Positions 47,482-56,857 are shown, counted from the stretch's first letter. The stretch: 63,147 nt of DNA from Spirochaetota bacterium (GCA_043803405.1 JAZDKB010000007.1:1-63147), one strand, 5' to 3'. Numbers and translations are program-made. Notes: a model not told the origin generated them from the letters alone.

Positions 47482-48675
47482 ATGAAAATATTCTCAAGAT
47501 TTTTCTTAGCATCTCTATTATTAGCACTATTTTTAGTATCGGTTAGTAATCCTGCTTCTGCGGGTTATGCCCGCATGGAAGGTATGGGTGTGGAAGGCGA
47601 CAGCTACTGGGCAATTCAGAAAGACGAAACCTACATTTTTTATAACCCGGCTTATCTTTCCAAATTTACGCCACAGATTTATGCTGCCAGCAACTCAGGC
47701 AGCGGAACTTCAACAGCAGGCGATACAATGGGTGGATTGATTCTTAGCCCGGCAAATAATTTTAATTTATATTTCACAAGCGGCAGACCTATAGGATACT
47801 TAACTTATCCTTATGAGTCCACATTTGCTACAAGATATGGATTTCTGAATGACACTAATACACGCGCACCTCTGCATAACGAGCAGGGCAATTTGACAGC
47901 TTCATTTGATATGGGACGTTCAGCGTTCGGATTCAATACTTCCTATTCTGCTACTAAGGATAATGATGCTACAAATCAGTACGCCAGATCAGTTCTCAAT
48001 ACAAATTTTGGTTTTTTAATGGAATTCAGCCAGGGTATGAGTATGGATGCCTCCCTTGGAGTTACCAGGTGGCATATAGATCAGACACAATCGCATGATA
48101 CAGTATATGCAGCAGATACTTATGATTTCGATGCAATGGTCCGTTTCAATATGGCAATAAGCGAAATAAGCAGGCTACATATATTCGGTATTGCTGAAAA
48201 GCTGGACAGATCTGAAACGGAGAATCATGTTGAAGCCACTGATAAATACCGTATTATAAGACTGGGCATATCGGACGAAATGAACATTACAAAAACATCA
48301 CTTGTGTATGCAATGGCTTTAATCGGGTACCAGAGAGAAAGTTTACCCGGCGGGCCTACTAAAAACAGAGATGTGAAGGTTGGCGCAGGTGTAGAAACGA
48401 ATGTTTTTGAATGCCTTTCAGCCAGGTTCGGATTTAACCGTATGTGGTACCAATATCAGAAAACATCGTCACAAAACGATAAAAGTTTAGAAGATCAAGA
48501 CGGTGCTACATTTTCATTCGGCCTTGGTTTAAGACTTGGCAATGTTGTTCTCGACTGGAAGATTGCAAAAGCATTGCTGGCGGATGGCCCGTACTTTATT
48601 TCCGGTAACGGCGGAAATTATTCAACATGGTTTGAAGCACGCTATAATTTCGAAACAACAACAGCTAAACGTTAG
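47482..48675 (+). CDS. Putative outer-membrane beta-barrel/porin
   Basis: SD AAGGAGGAGG; signal peptide; 'ARMEGMG...IFYNPA' (FadL-like N-terminus), alternating strands, terminal 'FEARYNF'. Confidence 0.7.
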   Translation: MKIFSRFFLASLLLALFLVSVSNPASAGYARMEGMGVEGDSYWAIQKDETYIFYNPAYLSKFTPQIYAASNSGSGTSTAGDTMGGLILSPANNFNLYFTSGRPIGYLTYPYESTFATRYGFLNDTNTRAPLHNEQGNLTASFDMGRSAFGFNTSYSATKDNDATNQYARSVLNTNFGFLMEFSQGMSMDASLGVTRWHIDQTQSHDTVYAADTYDFDAMVRFNMAISEISRLHIFGIAEKLDRSETENHVEATDKYRIIRLGISDEMNITKTSLVYAMALIGYQRESLPGGPTKNRDVKVGAGVETNVFECLSARFGFNRMWYQYQKTSSQNDKSLEDQDGATFSFGLGLRLGNVVLDWKIAKALLADGPYFISGNGGNYSTWFEARYNFETTTAKR

Positions 48676-48701
48676 TTTTGCTGGTTAATAAGCTTTATAC
48701 G

Positions 48702-48729
48702 ATCAACCCTGCACAAAGCAGGGTTGATT
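48702..48729 (+). terminator. Intrinsic terminator
   Basis: ATCAACCCTGC-acaaa-GCAGGGTTGAT followed by a T-rich tail. Confidence 0.75.
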
Positions 48730-48829
48730 TGTATTATATGGATAATTCTCAGGTTTATAAATAATTGTTGAATTTCGAAAGTCTTTATATAGATAATGAG
48801 TAAAAAAAAACGGGTACAACATAAAATCA

Positions 48830-50134
48830 ATGAATCTATTAACAAATAAAACAATCAGAATAAAAATTCAGATAGCTTTGTTATTTACAACAAGTGCGTT
48901 TTTTATTTTCGGATGCTCTTCGGCCTCAATGTATGTAAGGGATGCTGTGCCTGTTGATAAGGAGAAAATAGTTATATCCGCTGATGTCAAATCCGGAAAT
49001 AATTTATTCAGCTACGGCGGCTCCGGGCTTGAAAAATTGATTAACGATCCTGGCTTTAAGAGCTTTCCTTCACCAGTTGTAAACTTATACCGGTATAAGG
49101 ATATTGTCGCAGCAGTTACAGATAGCGACGGGATATTCATCCCTGGTACAGCGGAGAGGAAAACCCTGCAAATACCTATTAATGCCCAGGGACTGCCTGA
49201 CCACAGGATACGCGATCTGTATTTTAAAACTGAGCCCGAAGGGTTTAAAATATTCATCACCTACTTTACTCCCGGAGGGGTTGGGGTTACAGAATGTAAT
49301 ATCAACAAGGATTTTCAGGTTGCATGCAAAACATATAATACTTTCAACTCGGAACTTAAAAGCAATTTTGTACACCAGATTGTATCGGATATTAAAGGCA
49401 ATATATGGTTCCGGTATTCAGATAGCGCGATGGCAGGAGTATCAAGACTTAATCCTGACGGGAAGTGGTATCATTTTGACAGGCGCAATTCGAATATAGG
49501 CGACAGCAGCGTAATGCTGATCCGTGCCGAAAGCGAGAATGAAGGCCTTAAAGGGGACAATGTGTGGTTTGTAACTGCCGGCGGATTATCAAAGCTTCAG
49601 TATGGCGAAGCAAAAGAAGAATGGTTCTTTTACGGAGATAAGCAGACGGTTGCAAATAAATTTATAAATGCCATAGGGCTGCAGCACTGGTTTACTGATG
49701 CGATTGTCGATATCAGGGATCTTGCCGTTCTGCCGGATTCGCTTATTATAGCGAACAAAGATGCGCTGTTTCATTTCACAGAGAACAACATTGAGCGCTT
49801 TGTGCCTGATGTAACCGGAGGGACGGATGCACTGCGCATTACAGAAATACAGTGCAGAAATAATAATATTTTTGTCAAGATCCGCCCTCATCGTGAGCCT
49901 GTACCGTCTATCAGGTACTTTATGCTTTTCCAGCGCGATCTAAGGAAATGGCAAAAGATTGATTACTGGCAATTCGAAAAAGAATACGCAAAGGAAATAC
50001 TACTTTTACCGTATAACGAGAATGAAGATATTCTCATTATTAATTATCCTTCGAAGAAGTCCAGAATTGCGTTTTTCTCTTATAAAGATTTGTCTTTAAG
50101 AACAGTTATTATTGGCGATGAGATCAATAAATGA
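48830..50134 (+). CDS. Hypothetical lipoprotein, probable beta-propeller
   Basis: Lipobox IFGC; 'NSELKSNFV..I..D..GNIWF', 'VWFVT.GGLS' resemble two-component-regulator propeller repeats. Confidence 0.7.
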   Translation: MNLLTNKTIRIKIQIALLFTTSAFFIFGCSSASMYVRDAVPVDKEKIVISADVKSGNNLFSYGGSGLEKLINDPGFKSFPSPVVNLYRYKDIVAAVTDSDGIFIPGTAERKTLQIPINAQGLPDHRIRDLYFKTEPEGFKIFITYFTPGGVGVTECNINKDFQVACKTYNTFNSELKSNFVHQIVSDIKGNIWFRYSDSAMAGVSRLNPDGKWYHFDRRNSNIGDSSVMLIRAESENEGLKGDNVWFVTAGGLSKLQYGEAKEEWFFYGDKQTVANKFINAIGLQHWFTDAIVDIRDLAVLPDSLIIANKDALFHFTENNIERFVPDVTGGTDALRITEIQCRNNNIFVKIRPHREPVPSIRYFMLFQRDLRKWQKIDYWQFEKEYAKEILLLPYNENEDILIINYPSKKSRIAFFSYKDLSLRTVIIGDEINK

Positions 50135-50165
50135 CAAGTTGCCGGTTTAAGCAAATCTCCGCATT

Positions 50166-51200
50166 TTAAAACAGCATCCGTACCCCTAAGTTAAGTCCGG
50201 CGATCTGGGGAGTATGGTTCTTCTCAAAAAAGATCGTATATGAAGGGCTTAACGAAATATGTATGTCGGAGAATAAAAGATAATCAATATCGCATTTTAC
50301 CGAAACAGCAGGATCAAAATAATACTCTTTTGAATAACTATAATTCCCGTAAGCATCTGCGCCGTTTTTGTCGTAGTTCATCATGCTTATCAGATACCCG
50401 CCTCCGATTGACGGGACCATCCTAATTTTATCCGACAATCTGTAGGTATATCCTGCGTAAATAAGCAGCGGTATTGTTATAAGCGAATCAATCGATTTAT
50501 ATTTGCCTTTGAAGGAATGAAGCCCGGTTGAGACCGAGGCGACCGTTTTATTAAAAAGAAGATTGTGTATATTGAAGCCGAGATTTATCCCGTACCCGTA
50601 ATCGGCTATTTTTTCAAAGTCTCCGGACCTGTATAAAAACCCGGCTGAAAAAGAGTAGCTGTAAAATATTTCGTTCTTAAAATCGTACAGCATAATATTT
50701 ACAAGTTCGCTTACAGCGTCTTCTATTGCGGATTCGTTATTGAACGATACCCTGTAGTCGCCCTCAACAGTGCCGTCTTCTACGTTAATTACTTTCATTA
50801 TAAGATAATATTTATCCAGCCTGTGAACCGAGCCTGCGAGTATTTTGCGCGCAGACAGCAGTTTGCCCATTTTTACTGCGGATTCGGATTCCGTATATTT
50901 TGTTTTCTGCAGCTCGATCTCTTTAAGCACTTTGTCGATCTGTTCCCTTTCAACAATCGTGAATATTTTTGCTTCGAATATTTTTGTGCTAATAAAGTCA
51001 GTGGCAACACGGGCGAGGGAAGCGCTGCAATTGTACGCTTTAAAGTCGAGTATTGCAGCTCTTTCGTTCCGGTCTGCGTATGCAACGGACGCGGATGCTA
51101 GGAAGATCAGGAATAATGCTGAATATTGTACCTTGCGCAGGCGGCTTTTACGCATCCTATAGATAATCGTACATAATTTAAAAAAAAGATTTAATTTCAT
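50166..51200 (-). CDS. CsgG/HfaB-like periplasmic domain fused to a C-terminal OM beta-barrel
   Basis: 'FTIVEREQIDKVLKE...AVKMGKLLSARKILAGSV'; beta-strand-rich C-terminus ending 'LGVRMLF'; ATGA overlap with the upstream gene. Confidence 0.75.
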   Translation of the reverse strand: MKLNLFFKLCTIIYRMRKSRLRKVQYSALFLIFLASASVAYADRNERAAILDFKAYNCSASLARVATDFISTKIFEAKIFTIVEREQIDKVLKEIELQKTKYTESESAVKMGKLLSARKILAGSVHRLDKYYLIMKVINVEDGTVEGDYRVSFNNESAIEDAVSELVNIMLYDFKNEIFYSYSFSAGFLYRSGDFEKIADYGYGINLGFNIHNLLFNKTVASVSTGLHSFKGKYKSIDSLITIPLLIYAGYTYRLSDKIRMVPSIGGGYLISMMNYDKNGADAYGNYSYSKEYYFDPAVSVKCDIDYLLFSDIHISLSPSYTIFFEKNHTPQIAGLNLGVRMLF

Positions 51201-52030
51201 TTCGCGGCTTTCCAGATGCTTTCTTCGTTGTTGAGCTCACCTGCAATCTGTTCTGCTGCGGCATTTAGTTTTTCGTTTTCTATACGGCTTAAAGTTTTAT
51301 CGAAAAGCCTTTTGCCGCTTTCACCTTCGACTACAGTGATCCTTAACACATAGCTGTCGCCCAGCCTGCTTATCCTGCCTACAAGCTGCCTGTTTACGTT
51401 CCTGTCAGATTTATCGAAAGCTTTATAAACAACCCTGTTTTCGCCTTTTAGTGAGCGGAGCTTTCTATATAATATTAAGGTCATATCCGACGTTATTCTT
51501 TCGTCAACATTGTTTGCTTCAAGCAGGTTTAGCCCCAGCCTTGTCTCGACCCCGGGTTCCATTTTTCCTGCCGGAGAACCGGGTACATCTCTTTTCTTTT
51601 CAACCGGATTATCAGTCATTTGCTGCTTATGGGCATTCGCGCCGGGCTGCTTTTCTTTCAGCTTTTCGTCCTCGAATGAAAAGGACTCTTTTATAACCGC
51701 GCTTTCATCGCTTGTTCCTTCAACATCGCTTATAAAAAATTTGTAAGATACTGCCGCGCCTGCCGAGATCGAAGCTCCGAGAAATAAAGCCGCAGCAGCA
51801 AGAATTATTTTGCTCTGGGTAATGGTTAACCCAATGCCGGATCTGCCGAGCGAGTAATATATTTTCAATATAAACCGGTAAAACAAAGAATACTCGCCGT
51901 AAGTCTTTAATGCGGAGATCAATGAATCTGATTTATTGTTTAATGCGAATCTTTTAATATCATCCGGAACAGGCTCCCTGAATTTTAACTTTTCGAGAAC
52001 TCTTTCGAATGTTTCCGTTGTTCTGCTCAT
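51197..52030 (-). CDS. Putative anti-sigma factor: cytoplasmic N-terminus, single TM, periplasmic CsgG-like domain
   Basis: ATGA overlap with the sigma gene; TM 'IILAAAALFLGASISAGAAV'; C-terminal 'GRISRLGDSYVLRITVVEGESG'. Confidence 0.65.
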   Translation of the reverse strand: MSRTTETFERVLEKLKFREPVPDDIKRFALNNKSDSLISALKTYGEYSLFYRFILKIYYSLGRSGIGLTITQSKIILAAAALFLGASISAGAAVSYKFFISDVEGTSDESAVIKESFSFEDEKLKEKQPGANAHKQQMTDNPVEKKRDVPGSPAGKMEPGVETRLGLNLLEANNVDERITSDMTLILYRKLRSLKGENRVVYKAFDKSDRNVNRQLVGRISRLGDSYVLRITVVEGESGKRLFDKTLSRIENEKLNAAAEQIAGELNNEESIWKAAK

Positions 52031-52548
52031 AAGAGATCCTCTATATTAGTTAATCCTTTCTTTTTAAGATAATCCAGTATGCTGTCGACTATCCTTCTGT
52101 ACCTGTATTCTACCATTCTTTTAGTCAAATGAAGCTCTTTTGCAGTTTCATTGTAGCTGTAATTATGGACTGCAATAAGATCGAATAGAACTTTATCATC
52201 CTCTCCGTCGAATAATTTCATGTTTTCAATTGCTTCGCTAATAACGATCCTTGCGTCCCTGAAACCGTTCATGAAAGTAAGGCTTACATCGTTAAATACT
52301 TCGTCAATATCCATGTCGCCTCTTTTCTTCCTGTAAAATTCGAATACGGACAACCGCATAGCGCCGAAAAGCCATTTCCTGTAATTTTCGATCTCCTCGA
52401 ATTTTTCAAAGAATTTTAAAAAGATTTCCTGGCACACGTCTGCGGCATCGTCCCTGCTCCCAACCTTAGTGTAAACAGCATTGAAAACAAGAGCGTAATA
52501 CCTGTTGTGTTCCTCGGTAAATCTGTCCCTTATCCTTTGCGGTTTAAT
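52027..52548 (-). CDS. ECF-type RNA polymerase sigma factor, probable ATT start
   Basis: Region 2 'FTEEHNRYYALVFNAV...DAADVCQEIFL...WL' extends upstream of the GTG at 52437; region 4 'YSYNETAKELHLTKRMV'; AGGAGG precedes the ATT at 52548. Confidence 0.85.
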   Translation of the reverse strand: MKPQRIRDRFTEEHNRYYALVFNAVYTKVGSRDDAADVCQEIFLKFFEKFEEIENYRKWLFGAMRLSVFEFYRKKRGDMDIDEVFNDVSLTFMNGFRDARIVISEAIENMKLFDGEDDKVLFDLIAVHNYSYNETAKELHLTKRMVEYRYRRIVDSILDYLKKKGLTNIEDLL

Positions 52549-52566
52549 GTTCCCTCCTATTATATA

Positions 52567-52593
52567 AGCGAAATAATTTCCCGAATCGGCACA
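52567..52593 (-). promoter_or_regulatory. Putative autoregulatory ECF promoter TGTGCC-N16-TCGCT
   Basis: Minus strand TGTGCCGATTCGGGAAATTATTTCGCT just upstream of the sigma SD. Confidence 0.7.
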
Positions 52594-52797
52594 AATAATA
52601 TAAGTTTAAATATTATTTTTAATAATACTTATATTTTATAAGATGTGAATAAATAAGTATTAAAAATATCATAAAGATATACTTTAATTTTAAATTCAAG
52701 AAGAAAATGATGCTAATGTTGCGGGTTTGAAAATTATTGTTCCAAAAATTAGTATGATATCTTTAGGTTTTGAGATGCACTCTGAATAAAGGGTGGA

Positions 52798-52823
52798 TAT
52801 TGCCGTCGTAATTGACGGCAATA
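52798..52823. terminator. Hairpin (possible terminator of the antiporter transcript)
   Basis: TATTGCCGTC-gtaatt-GACGGCAATA. Confidence 0.45.
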
Positions 52824-52839
52824 CGAATTTCCAAGAAAT

Positions 52840-53113
52840 TTAGTGCTTTGACCACATGATTTTGAATTAAAATGTATTTTATCTTTTGCCACAGAGTCAC
52901 AGAGACACCGATTTTTTTTCTGGTTTTTATTTCAAGGCTTTGAAACATAATGCCTTTGCTTTCGCGTCGGCTGATGCCGAAGGCGGAAACCGGTGCGAAA
53001 GCGCCGGGAGCTTGCCCCGGGGAATTTTATTATAATAATAATTAATTTATCTTCTCAGTGACTCCGTGCCTCTGTGGCAAAAACAATTTGAATTTATCCG
53101 GTCTGAATACTAG
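52840..53113. mobile_element. MITE-like repeat, copy 2, carrying a 100-bp nested insertion
   Basis: Aligns to 36330-36503 except for 52932-53031, which contains hairpins and GCCGGGAGCTTGCCCCGGGG. Confidence 0.7.
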
Positions 53114-54684
53114 ATAAAAAACAAAAAAGTGATCAGAATGAATGTCGGGATCAATACAGCCATTGAGTAAACCATGTAGCCGAAAAAGCTCGGCATTTTA
53201 ACACCGCGCTCCTCCGCTATGGATTTAACCATAAAGTTCGGCCCATTGCCTATATATGTGTTTGCTCCCATAAACACTGCGCCGCATGATATTGCCGCGA
53301 GCGCTGCGGAAGAAAGATGCCCGCCGTCGTTCAGCAGAAACCCAAGGTCATTCGGAAGATTAAGGCCTTTGGCAACAGACATAAAGGTAAGGTACGTGGG
53401 CGCGTTATCAAGAAAAGACGAGAGGCCTCCCGCAGCCCAGAAGAACTGCCACGGCTGGGTTACGCCCAGGGCTGCGCCGTTATGTTCCAGAATATAAAGG
53501 GCAGGGATCATTGAGGCAAAAATGCCGGCAAACAGAAAAGCTACTTCTTTTATAGGCCCGAACGTGAATGCGTTTCTTCTTCTGAGGTCGCCTTTGTAAG
53601 GAGTAACAACGAGCGAAAGAATAAGAAGAAGCGCCATGCCGCCTTCCTGGGGGCCGAAACTCGGCCACCATCCGAATTTTTTTACGAATAATCCCTGCAG
53701 AAAAACAATTAGTACTACTCCCGCCAGCAGGACAAGATTGATCCTGCCTTCAAGCCCGAGTTTCTCTTTCTTTGATCCCGCTGGAGAATATCCGCCGACT
53801 TGCTGCATAATGTTCGTCAGGTTGTCCCTGGCTTTTTGAAGCGACTTCATGCTTATCTTCTTTTCATTTTCCTTTGTTTCGACATCGAGCAGCCGGATTG
53901 TATCTGTTATTTTCCCGGCAATATCCGGCGAAGGTTTCGCACTTCCGGAAGAGGGGCTAAGACCTTCTTTTTTGTACATTATGGTATCTACTAAATAAAA
54001 AACACAAAGCACTATTATGCTGGCAACAGCCCATTGAGGAGCAAGGCGGAATGTCCATTCGAACGGGATTCCCTGCAGGTAGCCTAGAAATAACGGCGGG
54101 TCTCCCAGGGGAGTGAGCAGGCCGCCAATATTGCTTACAAGAAAAATAAAGAAAATGATAACATGCGCTTTTTTCTTTCTCTCTTCATTCGCCCTTATTA
54201 ATGGTCGTATGAGAAGCATTGAAGCGCCTGTAGTCCCTATAAAGCTCGCGATTATACTTCCAATAAATATGAATACTACATTGACTTTCGGAGTGCCTTC
54301 AATGGTTCCCTTTATCAGTATGCCGCCGGATATAACATAAAGAGAAGCTAAAAGTAATATAAAAGATATATATTCGAAAGCTTTTTCAATGGAAAGGTGG
54401 CGCAGCGTATCTCCCATAAATACCGAAAATATAACAGCCATAGGCACGCAGAATATACCCATCGAAATCCACCAGAGATTTTTTTCCCAGAAATGAGCGT
54501 TAATCAGAGGAATTACTGCTATGCAAAGTAAAATGGCAACGAAGGGTAATACCCATAAAACGGAAATTGACTCCGCGGGAGCAGCGTCCTTGTTTGCGAA
54601 CAGTGGAGTACAAATAGAAAAAAATGTGAAAGCAATAAAAGAACATAGCCTGATTACGTTTTTCATTTGCCGGTAATCCTCCAT
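53110..54684 (-). CDS. Putative sodium:proton antiporter (IT superfamily)
   Basis: 'GTTGASMLLIRP', 'VSNIGGLLTPLGDPPLFLG', 'LSSFLDNAPTYL', 'GANTYIGNGPNFMVK'. Confidence 0.9.
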   Translation of the reverse strand: MEDYRQMKNVIRLCSFIAFTFFSICTPLFANKDAAPAESISVLWVLPFVAILLCIAVIPLINAHFWEKNLWWISMGIFCVPMAVIFSVFMGDTLRHLSIEKAFEYISFILLLASLYVISGGILIKGTIEGTPKVNVVFIFIGSIIASFIGTTGASMLLIRPLIRANEERKKKAHVIIFFIFLVSNIGGLLTPLGDPPLFLGYLQGIPFEWTFRLAPQWAVASIIVLCVFYLVDTIMYKKEGLSPSSGSAKPSPDIAGKITDTIRLLDVETKENEKKISMKSLQKARDNLTNIMQQVGGYSPAGSKKEKLGLEGRINLVLLAGVVLIVFLQGLFVKKFGWWPSFGPQEGGMALLLILSLVVTPYKGDLRRRNAFTFGPIKEVAFLFAGIFASMIPALYILEHNGAALGVTQPWQFFWAAGGLSSFLDNAPTYLTFMSVAKGLNLPNDLGFLLNDGGHLSSAALAAISCGAVFMGANTYIGNGPNFMVKSIAEERGVKMPSFFGYMVYSMAVLIPTFILITFLFFI

Positions 54685-55116
54685 TGACTGTAAATGCGTG
54701 GAATAAATGATGAGATATAAATGATATTCTACTATCGATTAAAGATAAAGTAAATAAAAAATTAAATCTTCTCATGAATAATATTTTTTTATATTTGAGA
54801 CGTATTTTTTACTATCCGGATGAGTACATATACGGTTTTTCATTTTTTTCCCTTTCAAGGAATATAAGAATATTTGCGTTTCAGCTAACTTTCTATGTTT
54901 TTCCGGTCGATAAAATATATTAAGTTAGTTAATCAATTTAATTGACTTATTATATGAAATTATTCACAATTAACAGGATTCCAGCCAAAAAAGTATAATG
55001 TCAAGTTTTTGGAAATTATGCATATAATGCAAAACTTCAGTAATTATTATATTAAAACTCAATCGACATGAGTTAATTATACAAAATCAATAATAATACA
55101 TTTAAAGGATTACGAT

Positions 55117-56052
55117 ATGAAAAAGTATGTTCTATTGTTTGCATGCGTATTTTTATTTTTTTTATCGCCTCTTTCAGCTGCCGAGGATAAGATGAGGATC
55201 GCCATTGTGGACCTTCAGGGAAAGGGCGTTTCAAACATTGTGGCTGTAGGGGTATCAAATATTATACGTTCTTCAATGGTTGATACCGGATTGTTTACAG
55301 TGATTGAGAGAGGGCAGATGTCCGAAATACTCAAAGAGCAGGAACTCCAGATGACCGGATGCACAGACAGCGCATGCGCGGTACAGATAGGGAAATTGCT
55401 TTCGGCAAAGAAGATACTTCTTGGTGACATCACAAAATTAAGGACAGCGTATATAATAACCATCCGCGTTGTTGATGTGGAAAAAGGCGTAGCCGAGTTT
55501 TCCTCAATGGAAAAAGCGCTTAACGAAGACGCGCTCGACAAAGCTGCCTCGAACCTCACGATGAAACTGGTCGGCAGGATAACAGGCAAAACGCAGTCGC
55601 AGCTTCTTTCGGGACTTGAGACGAGAACTATGGGAGCCTACTGGAGAAGATGCATAATTCCCGGCTGGGGGCAGTTTTACGCGGACAGGGATATTGAAGG
55701 CTATATTTTCTCACTGGCGTTCGCCGCGGACGCGATCTTTGCAGGATGGAATTATTATAATTATCAGAAAAAGAAAAAGGATTACGAAGACCTGCCCAGG
55801 GGCTCTGCCGAATTCGACAGCAAATACGACAAGTATGAGTCGGCAGTTAAAATGTATAATATTTCATTATATGTCCTTGCAGGCATTTATGTGGCGCACT
55901 GGATAGACGCGGCATTTTTCGCAAGGCCGGACTTCGGCAAAAAGGAAACTGCTTACATTAAGGAAGGTCCGTACATGCGTTTTGTGCTGGATAACGGGCA
56001 AAACACGATGCCCGAGATGCGCATGGGTATGGGGTTCGGATACAGATTTTAG
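55117..56052 (+). CDS. CsgG/HfaB-like domain plus DUF5683-like membrane domain protein
   Basis: 'FTVIERGQMSEILKEQELQMTGCTDSACAVQIGKLL'; 'IIPGWGQFY'; ends 'FGYRF'. Confidence 0.8.
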   Translation: MKKYVLLFACVFLFFLSPLSAAEDKMRIAIVDLQGKGVSNIVAVGVSNIIRSSMVDTGLFTVIERGQMSEILKEQELQMTGCTDSACAVQIGKLLSAKKILLGDITKLRTAYIITIRVVDVEKGVAEFSSMEKALNEDALDKAASNLTMKLVGRITGKTQSQLLSGLETRTMGAYWRRCIIPGWGQFYADRDIEGYIFSLAFAADAIFAGWNYYNYQKKKKDYEDLPRGSAEFDSKYDKYESAVKMYNISLYVLAGIYVAHWIDAAFFARPDFGKKETAYIKEGPYMRFVLDNGQNTMPEMRMGMGFGYRF

Positions 56053-56132
56053 GGAATATGGATAGGCAGGGATGTAATAGCGTTCATAATGGATGGGTTA
56101 TAGATAGATAGAATACGGATAGACAGGTTTAT

Positions 56133-56164
56133 GGATAGGCAGGGATTTAAATTCCTGCCTATCC
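56133..56164. repeat. 32-bp REP-like palindrome, copy 1
   Basis: GGATAGGCAGGGATTT-AAATTCCTGCCTATCC. Confidence 0.85.
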
Positions 56165-56225
56165 GGAATGTAAATATGAACCATGTCTATCGGGAATGAG
56201 TTAAATATATTCTTGGAGATGTATT

Positions 56226-56612
56226 ATTAAAATTGGAAATAATCACACAAGGCTGGATTATCATATTGTTTTTACAACAAAGGACAGGCTTGGAATGATT
56301 GATTTTGACATGCTGGGTAAAATTCGTGATTATGCCGGTCATAAATCGCGCGAGATAGGATTTGTTGTTCATATTCTGAACGGTTACAAAGATCATATTC
56401 ATATTCTTTTATCTATTCCGCCGAAGTTTGCAGTTTCCGATATTGTTAAGCACATTAAAGGGTATTCTTCGAGAATGATTCCGGAGATTACATGGCAGGA
56501 GGGTTTTGGCGCGTATACGGTTGATAAAGATTCTTTTGACAGGATTTTTTATTATATTAAAAATCAATGGGAACACCATTCGGTTAATAATGGTTTAATT
56601 GATTTTGAATAG
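56226..56612 (+). CDS. tnpA: IS200/IS605-family HUH transposase (TnpA/RAYT-like); start uncertain
   Basis: 'YHIVFTTK' upstream of the ATG at 56295, HUH 'DHIHILL', 'KGYSS', 'WQEGFG', 'YIKNQ..HH'; only ATT codons follow the GGAG. Confidence 0.85.
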   Translation: MKIGNNHTRLDYHIVFTTKDRLGMIDFDMLGKIRDYAGHKSREIGFVVHILNGYKDHIHILLSIPPKFAVSDIVKHIKGYSSRMIPEITWQEGFGAYTVDKDSFDRIFYYIKNQWEHHSVNNGLIDFE

Positions 56613-56623
56613 GCAGGGATTAT

Positions 56624-56655
56624 GGATAGACAGGGATTTAAATCCCTGTCTATCC
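56624..56655. repeat. 32-bp REP-like palindrome, copy 2
   Basis: GGATAGACAGGGATTT-AAATCCCTGTCTATCC (perfect). Confidence 0.85.
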
Positions 56656-56661
56656 GGAATG

Positions 56662-56857
56662 CTCCGAGGCGGTCGGGAGAGCCTCCGAGGCGGTCGGGAG
56701 AGCCTCCGAGGCGGTCGGGAGAGCCTCCGAGGCGGTCGGGAGAGCCTCCGAGGCGGTCGGGAGAGCCTCCGAGATGGTCGGGAGAGCCTCCGAGATGGTC
56801 GGGAGAGCCTCCGAGATGGTCGGGAGAGCCTCCGAAGTGGTCGGGAGAGTCTCCGAG
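56662..56857. repeat. 21-bp tandem repeat, 9 full units plus a partial
   Basis: CTCCGAGGCGGTCGGGAGAGC x5, ...GATGG... x3, ...AGTGG... x1. Confidence 0.95.

Noticed and set aside
56662..56857. CRISPR array
   Set aside because: Units are contiguous 21-mers with no unique spacers, and there are no cas genes in the window
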